Assembly (NCBI GenBank): GCA_028023455.1 | Contig: JAQFVV010000004.1 | Location: forward strand, 15,376,001 to 15,440,000 | Direction: 5' to 3' | DNA: 64,000 bases | Origin: Epiperipatus broadwayi | Lineage: Eukaryota; Animalia; Onychophora | Shown: one piece after another, positions 54,501-64,000 of the stretch | Layout: each line of letters begins with the position of its first letter | How positions within the stretch are numbered: position 1 is the stretch's first letter | The notes under the pieces: generated by a model | What the model saw: only the letters and a program-made list of their open reading frames with translations | What the model was told of the DNA's origin: nothing | The model's database searches: none | Made by a program: the position numbers and the translations under genes

Positions 54501-55119
54501 GACTTTTTAATATCTCTTAATCAAATGTTTTTCATCAACTGAGTAAATTTATTTATTGCAAACTTGTGATTTGAGGAAGATTGCAAATGAAGATCTCATA
54601 TTTATTAAACTTTTAAAATTGCAATTCTTCCAGAGCCCATTGTGAACTGAACACCATAACCAATAATGCAACATGTAATTATAATGATATGGCATAGATT
54701 GATGTATGTGTAAATATCAAAGATTATTGTGATGAAAACTTCCTGTATTTATTTTATTTTTTTTGGTATTTAATGTAAATATTGAAAGAAATGCAATAAA
54801 TTATTTACAGAGATAACTTATGACACTTTCTAACCCTTTTTACACGATTAATAATTATTTTGTAACAAAATTAAATTCTTGAAACATTTCAACTCTGTTG
54901 AAAGTTAATCAATCTTTTGAAGATTGATTTATATACATATATTTAGTGAGATTTAAAATATGATGATGATGATTCAAAACAGTTAAGTTTTTAATAATTT
55001 AGTAAAAAGTTATTGGTTTATTATTCGGGAGTTATCCTGAAGCAACAGAAATAGCAGAAGTGAGTTTTGCCATATGGTACTACACTAGACAATAATTTAA
55101 TAATAAATTTTTTAAAAAA

Positions 55120-55630
55120 AGTACTGAGAATTATATATTGAATTATTTCCATAATCTAATACTAAATATTAAAAACTTTTAGAAAAGTTTCAAGTGGTAT
55201 TATTCTCCTTTTTCTTAAGGTGTTGCTGGCCTGACTACTGACAGTACTAGCATGGTAATCGAACCTGAATCTTTAAATTCATAAAAATGGAATTTAAAGG
55301 TGGTATCCTAATAAACTGGGCTATTCTGCCAAAGTTCAGTTGGTTAGAATGTTAACTTAAAATTCAATTTTTACTCTTTGATAGCTTCAGGTTTGATTCT
55401 ACTGTCGATACTATCACTGGTTGAGCCAGCAATACCTAAAGAAGAGAAGAGATTAATATCACACAAAACATTGTGTTATATACTAAATCTGTGTCCTATT
55501 CCTAACAGTTGAATATTTGGAAAGTTCAAATAAAGTTTTAAATGTTTCTAGGTAGTCAATATTTAATATTAGATGGTATAATAGTGTAATATATAACCAA
55601 TACTGAAATGTTATCATCACAAACCTTCAG
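55120..55630. mobile_element. Family B divergent inverted pair (tRNA-Lys-like head, hammerhead remnant and Penelope 3' end, no ORF)
   Basis: Both arms carry GCTAGTACTGTCAxTAGTCAGGCCAGCAACACC-like sequence as in the 57.1 and 58.35 kb copies; arms meet at ~55330. Confidence 0.7.
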
Positions 55631-55720
55631 TCAAATTAACAATTTTACTTATAAATTATTGAAAAGTCTATGTTGTAGATATTCATAAATATAAAATTCA
55701 TATTGAAGCTACTAAAACTA

Positions 55721-55903
55721 TTTTTAAACAGGCAAAAACTCACTATATGTATGGCCACATTGCAAGTTAGAGTAATCAAATGGATTCTGGCATCCATTGA
55801 TTATTCTAGCTTGCAGTGTGGCAATACATATAGTGAGTTTTTGCCTGTTTTAATAACAGTTATAAACAAACATAAGAAAAGGTGATCGTGGGATGTTTAA
55901 TGG
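55721..55903. mobile_element. Family A short inverted pair with tail
   Basis: ~64-bp arms (55722-55785 / 55792-55856) and tail CAGTTATAAACAAACATAAGAAAAGGTGATCGTGGGATGTTT, matching the 61274-61320 tail. Confidence 0.75.
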
Positions 55904-56876
55904 CTTAAAACTATTTTTATTTTATTTTTGTACTGTTATTACATAACTTTAAATTTTTTTTTATGTTTATGTATATGAAAGAAGTCATTTTTGATAGTCG
56001 AGTTAAACTTTTTTGCAATCTCAATTTGCATATAAAATTTAATTTAGAAAAGATTATTATGTAAGATGGAATCAAAAAGAAAGTGAAAGTATTTGTGGTT
56101 AGTTTCTGTTAAAGAATCTAATTTAAATTAAAGAAAAGTTGAGATTTTATAACTTTTTCTAGTGTAGTCTGGAGTGCAGTTTATATGACAGATTTTGATG
56201 GGGTATGTTCTGCTTTTGTATGCAATTCCATTTATTTAAGGTTATGAAGTGTAAATATTTTACTGGTCGGACAACAATTGGTTCACATCTCCCATTCTCA
56301 ACTTAAGATCATACACTGTAGATGTTTTTAATCTCTAAAGATTAATTTCTGCACTCTCGTCATGCTCTAATGACACTCAAAACTTCATCTCTCAGCCGTA
56401 TTTTGGCAGATTTTCTTTCACTTTATCCTTTTTTTTTTTAAAAAAAATTCCGTACTGTAATGAAAAAGTAAGATAATTTTTTTATATACATATATGTGTT
56501 TGTTCTTAGTAAAATTGGGAAGAACTGTTGAGTTACAATGACATTTTTCATACTTCTGTCAAACTAAAGTCGCTGTAAATAGTTCTCCTAGATGTGCACC
56601 ATTAAAGCTCGAGAATTGATTACTGAAATTATAAAAAAAAAAAAAAAGCAAGAGGTGAAGTCCCTTGATATTGCTTAAATAGGAACTGCAATATTTTAAT
56701 TTTCGGTTTTACTTTCCTTTTTTGTTTTCATTTTATTGTCTTTTTTATTTAAGCTGTGATTTAAATCCAGTAATAAAATTCAAGAGCTTTTATACATAGT
56801 AGTTATAAATTATTAAATTTTAAAGATTTTTTAATGTATTTTGCATTTTTTCAAGTTTTATAAACATACTTCCACA

Positions 56877-57690
56877 TGTATTTTTATATTGGACTATTTC
56901 CATCATCTAATATGTGTGTTGAATGTCTTTAGAAAGGTTTAATTTTAGTTAAATATTCCAATTGCATTCAACTGTTAGTAATATCACAGCAAACAGGTTA
57001 GTATATGCACCAACTGTTAGTAATATGACAGCAAACAGGTTAGTATATGCACAACGTTTCGAGAGGTATTTTTCTCCCCTCTTCTTTGGGTGTTGCTGGC
57101 CTGACTAGTGACAGTACTAGCATGGAAATGAACCTGGACCCTTAGATTCTTGAATATTGAATTTTATGATAATGTTCTAACCAACTGAGCCATCCTGACG
57201 AAGACAGCAGTTGGTAGAAATTTAATAGATTTATCTATGAGGTTCCTTCTAATTTCTCCACATTTTTCCTAAGAGCAAAATTGATTAGTGGTTTCCGTAC
57301 ATTATGAATTGCCACACTAGATTTATTTATAATTATTCACCATTGTAATGTGGGCATCTTCTTTGAATTTTCTTCTTTGTACCTTTTCCTTTCTATCAAA
57401 TACTTGTGTATTTTCCCTATTGAACATATCTCTTCTAATCATCAGTTTGTGTTCTTGCACATGGCTTGCCAGTATACATTTTTCCACAGTTATATAGTAT
57501 TTCATATATGCAATTTTTGTTTTTCAGCAATTCATGTTTAAGTTTTGTAGATATTAGAATTCATTGTAGTGTGTATGGCTCTAGAAAACTGTTCTGTTAT
57601 ACTAATTGCAAACCTTTCTTAATTTGTCTGCTATTTTTTGCATGTATGGGTACACTACAGTATCAATAGTTTTTTCTTTTGATAATTATT
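56877..57690 (-). mobile_element. Penelope-like element 3' fragment (GIY-YIG plus 3' UTR), inverted arm
   Basis: KNCIYEILYNCGKMYTGK and FNRENTQVFDRKEKVQRRKFKE; inverted homolog of 57735-58585. Confidence 0.8.
56969..57052. repeat. 42-bp tandem duplication
   Basis: CAACTGTTAGTAATAT(C/G)ACAGCAAACAGGTTAGTATATGCAC x2. Confidence 0.9.
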
Positions 57691-57734
57691 TTTGTTGTCT
57701 ATTTAAGATTTTCTCAGCTGCCTTAAATAGTTAA

Positions 57735-58585
57735 CAAAAGAACCATCAAAAGAGAAAAAACAATTACTGGTACTGTAGTGTATCTATATGTACCAAAAAT
57801 AGACAATTTTAAAATAATCTGCAATCAGTATAACATCAGAACAGTTATCCAGTGCCATATCACATTATGAGGAATCCTAACATCTACAAAACCTAAAATT
57901 GATATGCTGAAAAGCAAAAATTGCATCTATGAAATACCCTGTTAATGTGGAAGAATGTATATTGGTGAAACTATGCGACTCATTGAAAAACAATTGCAAG
58001 AGCACAATCTGATGATTATAAGCAAGAAAACAGGTATATCCAAGATAGCAAACCATGTATGTACTAATGAAGATATGTTCAATTGGGAAAATACAAAAAT
58101 ATTGAATAGAGAGGAAAAGGTAGAAAGAAGCAAATTCAAAGAAGCTGCTCACCTGGCAATGGTGAATAATCCACCAAGTCAAACTAGTGTGACTATAATG
58201 GATGGAAACAACTAATCAAATTTGCTCTTAGGAAAAGTAGAAAAATCTGGAGGAACCTCATAGATAAATATATGAAATTTCTACTGACTGTTGGTTAGAG
58301 CATTACCTTAAAATTCAATATTGAAGAATCTAATAGTCCAGATTCAATTCCTTTGCTAGTACTGTCACTAGTCAGGCCAGCAACACCTGAAGAAGAGAGA
58401 AGAAGAATACTTCTTGAAACATTGAGCATATACTAACTTGTGTGCTATTTACTAACAGTTGAAGGCAAATGAAAATTTTAATAAAGTTAAATTTTTCTAA
58501 AGACTTTCACTACTTAATTATTAGATGATGAAAATAGTTCAGTATATAAATACAACTAAAATACCATAATCGCAAACCTTCAGGA
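57735..58585 (+). mobile_element. Penelope-like element 3' fragment: RT-linker, GIY-YIG endonuclease and 3' UTR/pLTR
   Basis: One frame with two stops: LYVPK...YNIRTV...KNCIYEIPC*CGRMYIGETMRLIEKQLQEH...IANHV...FNWENTKIL...SKFKEA. Confidence 0.88.
58381..58426 (+). ncRNA. Hammerhead ribozyme motif in the Penelope 3' UTR (family B), partly decayed
   Basis: CAACAC CTGAAGA A GAGAG...CTTCTT GAAAC ATT GAG. The inverted copy (57048-57095) has a better stem II (GAGGGG/CCTCTC) and GAAACGTTGTG but a mutated core, so the consensus is intact. Confidence 0.6.
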
Positions 58586-58974
58586 AAATACCATAGCACT
58601 CAACTTTAAACAGGCAGAAAAACGGGGAAAAAATTTTTTTTCAATTGTGTTGCTAATTCCGACAAACTTCTATAATAATAAAGTTATCAAATCTTATAAT
58701 GTAATTAATTTTTTGAACATCCTGATGAAATAATCATATGTATTTATGCTTAATTAAATGTCATTGTTTATATGTAAATAAATTTAACATGTATGTTGGT
58801 AAAAGATAAAACTGCCTTAAATATCTTGCTCGGGCCAACCTTTCTTTAGTATACATTCACAGGGAAATAGTTAATAAGAGTAAGAAACTATTATTTACCA
58901 AGCTAATTAAGTACTGATTTCTAAGGCTTATTATGGAGGTTTTTTTCTCATATTATTTTATTCTGTGTTGTCAA

Positions 58975-59045
58975 GCATTGGTAGCAGAGAGGTCGGTGCA
59001 GCTGCCTTGCAAGCAAGCAGTTGCTTGCAGACAGTTGTCACATAT
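58975..59045 (+). mobile_element. tRNA-Gly-derived SINE (family D), truncated, TGC at the anticodon position
   Basis: GCATTGGTAGCAGAGAGGTCGGTGCAGCTGCCTTGCAAGCAAGCAGTTGCTTGCAGACAGTTGT resembles the 24.5 kb copy. Confidence 0.55.
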
Positions 59046-60149
59046 CACAGCAGTTTTTATATAATTCAGATGCCTTAAAGTTTAAATATCATGACTGCGT
59101 TTGGTAAAAGATATCAAGAAAGAACATTTAATTGAACAGAAAGATGGACATAAGTCTTATTGAAAGAACAGATTATCAAATAAAATCAAACTGCATATAT
59201 TCATTCTACAATTTGATTTGGTAACTTCCATTCTTTGAACTTCTGCTTGTATTCATAAAAGGCTAAGATATCAAAAAATAGCATTTTATATGTAGTTATT
59301 CTCCAGTATTAGTTTTGAAACAGTTCAGAGAAAGAAAGAATTGATTCCTTATTGGATGATGTGTTATTGTATCATTACTATTAGAAGATCAACATACTGA
59401 TATGAACAGTAAATTATGACCTAAGATTTTTATTAATATTTTTTTTTATTTTTCACCTGCTGCAAACTATTGATTGTTTCTATTTTTGATAATGGAAACA
59501 AAAAATGTACACATTGAAATAATAATATTGGTTCTGTGAATTTAATTCTTCTATTATTCAATTTTTTTGGTTTCATAACAAATAAATTGGCTGTCAAAAA
59601 CAACATGTTTACACCAAAAAAATCAATATAAAGGAATTGGATGCATTTATAAAACGTAGAAGTTAGTCATATTCAAAGGATTTGTAGGTATAACACCTAC
59701 ATATAAATTATTGTATGCTTCTTATGTTCATGTGCTTTAGATTAAAATGATATGGACATTTAAAAATGGATCCTATTCTAAGCATAGCAGTAGGAAATCC
59801 CTTCCTTGTAAATTGGAAACATATGTCATTCTTCGATCAAATTATAAAAGGAATATGTTCCTTTATAAGCAATGATAATATCTAAAATCAGAACTTCAAT
59901 GACTGACGCAAAATCTTAAGAATTAGTAGTGAATTAAAACTGCAATCATTTGTTGTTCATAATCACTTTTAGATGTTTATTTGTCATTCTAAAATTAACA
60001 AAAATCTAAAAAATAATATATTAAATAAGTGTTATTTTTTTATAATAATGATAACATTAACAGTTGCTATAACATATTGATCACCTTTTGTATAATAATA
60101 TAAGGATTCAATTGTTTCTTTTAATGGTTTATCCATCTTATTATCTCAT

Positions 60150-60650
60150 TCAGATTGAGACAAACAATATCTACCTTTATGAAGTTAAAATAGACCTTTG
60201 TAATCTTAACAATGGAAATACTGTAGATCCTGATGGATTGTGTTGGGAAGTTTGAAGTCATGATATGTTATCTATAGAATTATTAGAATTTTGGGAATAT
60301 TTTTACCCATAAAAGTTAGCCACCTGATGCTGCAGATGCATCTATTGTTTCTTTTTTATAAAAATAAAGAGGACAGAAAAAATGAATTATTAAGGAATAT
60401 TATTAACATTACATCAAAAATGTTTTCAGGGATTTTACTGAGTAGAATTTAAGTATGATTTTAGTCAATCAAGAAGCATTAATAGTTCTATGATGATTTG
60501 ATTGCCAGAAAAATTCCAAGGAAAAAATCTGAACGTCTATATCATTTTTATCAATTTAGTCAAGGCATTTTACTACTTTAATTGGGAAAGTTTGCAGCAT
60601 TTGAAAATAACTGTGCTAGAAGTTTTTTTTAGAGATGAGCAATAACTCCA
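60150..60650 (+). mobile_element. Highly degenerate RTE-like LINE RT fragment
   Basis: Remnants resembling GPDG, PPDAADASIV (PQDWRDA-like), KMFSGILLSR and FINLVKAF. Confidence 0.5.
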
Positions 60651-60885
60651 GCTTTGTTTTACATTTTTTTGACATTGGAGCTTGGTTTTTTACAAATATT
60701 ATTTTATTGTTAACTTTAACATGATTTTTATGATAATCAGTCTTCATTTATATTATAAATATTTGTATCAAAAACTCTTAAAAAAGTGCAAAATTTATTG
60801 CTTTTATTGTGAGGGTGTCATAAAAATTGAATGCAATTGAGAGTAACAATGAGTAAAGTGTTAAAATAGTTTCACAAAAAATTAT

Positions 60886-61320
60886 TTATTAGAACAGGCA
60901 AAACTCTCTATACATATTGCCATTCAATGCAAGCCAGAGTAATCAATGGATGCCAGAAGGCTTGTGCATCAAATTCCCATCTAGTGCCTACTCACCCAAT
61001 ATCCCCAGACTAGTTTCTGGTTTGTGGCCTTCATCAATAAGGAGCCTTGGATCTGAGAGCACTGCACCTAGATCTTAGGATCAAATACAACCCTCCAGCA
61101 GCTCATATCCAAGGCTCCTCACTGACAAAGGCCACAAGCTAGAAGCTTGTCTGGGGATATTGGATGAGTAGGCACTAGATGGGGATTTTATGCACAAGCC
61201 TTCTGGCATCCATTGATTACTCTGGCTTGCATTGAATGGCAATACGTATAGAGAGTTTTGCCTGTTTTAATAACAATTATAAGTAAGCATAAGAAAAGGT
61301 GATCATGTGATGTTTATTGT
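60886..61320. mobile_element. Family A long inverted pair (167-bp arms) with tail; hammerhead remnants in both arms
   Basis: Arms 60886-61052 / 61107-61273; hammerheads at 61003-61042 (-) and 61117-61156 (+), each with core mutations; tail 61274-61320. Confidence 0.85.
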
Positions 61321-63028
61321 CTTAAAAAAAATAGTTGCAAAAGTTGAAAGATGTCATTGGTGTATATCAAATTAACTGATCAAAAAAATTAGCATGGCAT
61401 ATATGTGGGCATGTTTGTTGTACAAATTAGTTTGAATAATCATCACAAAACTCATCTTTAGCATTATATTCTTATTTATTTACTAATAGTTGTTACACTG
61501 CCTGGTTTTGTCACTGGTAGAATAGCAGTCTGGAGTCCATGGATTGCATCTAGATCCGAGCAATATAGCCTTACTGGTATCTACTAATGAATGATTGGTA
61601 ATTGCTTACCCAACATTTTTCTTTCCATTATTGAGTTGCATAGGGGCAATAGAAAAGCATAAATTATTATAGGTTTAATATTTGAATTGCATTATTAGCA
61701 CAATGATCAAATTTGTTCATTCTCATCTCTTGGCATTTGATTTATCAACAGAATATAGATGCAAGAGATAGCTTTATTGTAATGTGGATTATTTAAAGTT
61801 TTTGTCTGTTTATATTTGTACATAATTATGTCTAATAGATAGACATTGTTGTGATTACATTTTTGTACTGATCAATTTAATAAATTTTATTTGCTTTCAC
61901 ATGTTATGAAAACTTCGTTCAGTAAGTTTTAAAAATATTGAGTCACTTATAATTATTATCCCACTATTTCAGATTTTATTTAAAATCTGCCTCTAGCAAA
62001 CCATCATTTTGTTTACAAGAGATAACCACCAAATGAAATAGAACAGTCTTACTCTCAAGTCCCACTTTTCTATTGCTTTTCTTCGCCATAGTTTTAAAAT
62101 TCTGGTCACTATGGACTTCAGTCAGAGATAAATAATAAATAATTTTAATGGCCTCTTCTTGTGCAATTCTGTTAAAAGTTTTATGTGGCTGGATGCGCTA
62201 TCTAGAACAATTTTTAAAGTTTATTTATTTTTACTTTCTAGTTGGTCTTGTAGAATGACTTAAAAGTTAAACTTTTTAAAAATAGATTTGAGTAACTTCA
62301 GTCTTTTCATAGCCATTAAAGGGTGTAATAGTCTTTTTTCAAATAGTTCAGAAACAGTTTTAGGATTATGTGTGCCTCCTTAAATTTTTGACTTAAATTA
62401 GGACTGGTGTGTTTTTATAGAATACAAATTGCGTTTAAATATAATTGTCTTTTATCTTTTCTGATTTGAAACAAGCTGCTATTTTAAGAATCAATGCCAG
62501 ATGATTTATTTAATTATAAATCTATTAAGTAAAAAATTATATTTTTAGGTTGAGCTTTTATAATTTAATCATGTATTCATAAATGCTATTCGTTAGTATG
62601 TGCGCATATATATATATGCACTTAAATTTCGACAACATAAAATATCACTTAAAGTGACCGAAATTTTAACCCCTCCTTCCCCAGATACAAATATTGAAAT
62701 AAACTATATTATTGCATTTAACACAGAATATTTTAAGATGAAATTTCAGTTAATACTACTATTAGTAAATATTAAATGGTGACCTATATAAAATAGCATA
62801 GGTCAACATATATGCTACTTAGATTTGTAATCTTTTACCAAAAAATAATATCGTTAATACAAAATTAGCTGCAATCTTAATAAATGATTAATGATAAAAG
62901 AATTTATGTTTATCAAAAATGTACTAAGTCGAGGTTGGGAGTGAAGCAAGTTTGGCGGTTGTAAATAAAGATGTGACAATTCGCCATAGATAAATACTCT
63001 TCATGTAATAAAGATCTGGTGACCTGGG

Positions 63029-63068
63029 CCAACTGATGAGTGTTGATTTAGCATGAAATGCATCTTGG
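63029..63068 (+). ncRNA. Minimal type I hammerhead ribozyme (family C-related), intact
   Basis: CCAA CTGATGA GTGTT GATTT AGCAT GAAA TGCATC TTGG: palindromic AUGCAU stem III, AUC triplet; stem I is extendable by UGACC/GGUCA. Confidence 0.78.
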
Positions 63069-63252
63069 GGGTCATTTGTTTTTTATTGTATCTTTATTTA
63101 TATGAAGAATAAAAAAGAAAGAGGAAATACGGATATTATTAAAATTAATGAAGCAAGAAAATGTTTCCAGTTTCTCTTTATAATTGGATGACGTTTAAGG
63201 TTTTATGAAATATTTTTGATAACATACAGCATAATTTCTTTTTCCAATCATA

Positions 63253-63964
63253 TCATATCTGACCCTGCCTTCAGAAGTGGACTATTCCAGATTCCTTACC
63301 TGATTGGCTAGCACCCAATTGCTATCCAATGGGATTAAAACCTTCACTGGGGTTCGCGCACCGAATCCGTGTTTCCAGTAAGGTAGGGGATCTGCCTTTA
63401 AATAGTCAGCTTTTTGGAGGCAAGGCAGAGAGCAATTACTTCTGTTAACCTGAACGACAGAACATGCTCTCCATTAAACCTTCTACCATCAGCAAAGGTA
63501 TTTATCAGTACATTATCGTGATGTCCACGCAGTGAAGCAAGTCCAACTACGGACTGGAAACTGCTACGTCCGAATTAGAGCCGACTCGAGGCAAGCTAGC
63601 TACATAGCTGGAAGAGTCTTACCAGAACTCATGAAGCAAGCTAATCATTAGCTGGAAGTGAGTTCCATTCTCCGCACAACTATCTCAGCAGTGAAGTCTA
63701 TCAACTGTATTTGTTCATTTGTTAACTAACATGTGTATATATTTTGTACTAATAAATTTTACATATTAATTGCTGAATAGTTGTTTTTTTGTATCTGTTG
63801 GTTTGAAAACGAACCTTCAAGCCTAACCAAAACACAACAGATTTACTCATATTTGGTGCACGAACCCCAGTGAAGGTTTTAATTCCATTGGATAGCAACT
63901 GGGTGCTAGCCAATCAGGTAAGGAATCTGGAATAGTCCACTTCTGAAGGCAGGATCAGATATGA
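63253..63964. mobile_element. 712-bp element with 114-bp near-identical terminal inverted repeats and an LTR-like core
   Basis: Arms 63253-63366 / 63851-63964 differ at only a few positions. Core has TTTAAATAG, AATAAA and TGTT...AACA ends. Confidence 0.8.
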
Positions 63965-64000
63965 GAAATCATCTATCAAAAGTGTGTTAATTACATTACA

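Noticed and set aside
15597-57052. Short tandem duplications (39 bp at 15597, 22 bp at 37490, 42 bp at 56969) as CRISPR-like arrays
   Set aside because: Only two units each, no unique spacers, and a eukaryotic context.

Overview
Very AT-rich eukaryotic DNA, most likely from an invertebrate animal (probably an arthropod; inference from the transposon families and GT-AG exons). The window is mostly intronic or intergenic and packed with decayed transposable elements. One host exon is confidently identifiable: a KDELC/POGLUT2-3 glycosyltransferase-90 exon at 48021-48230 (+). A few unidentified candidate exons are also present. TEs: RTE LINE fragments (two young, three old); an L1/Tx1-like LINE whose ORF1 half is inverted relative to its ORF2 half; an RTEX-like LINE with an SGNH-esterase ORF1 followed by two extra head-to-tail 3' ends; a hAT transposase relic; two hAT MITEs; a tRNA-Gly-derived SINE family; and inverted Penelope-like (GIY-YIG) fragments. 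The most notable signal is three apparently unrelated small repeat families (A, B, C). Each combines a minimal type I hammerhead ribozyme motif with tRNA-like A/B boxes. Families A and B repeatedly occur as outward-facing inverted pairs with a short one-sided 3' tail, the insertion signature known from Penelope-like elements. One family-A copy is a complete circularly permuted 466-bp monomer, and family B sits directly in the 3' UTR of a GIY-YIG Penelope-like element. All structures and alignments were read by eye; no folding or database search was run.
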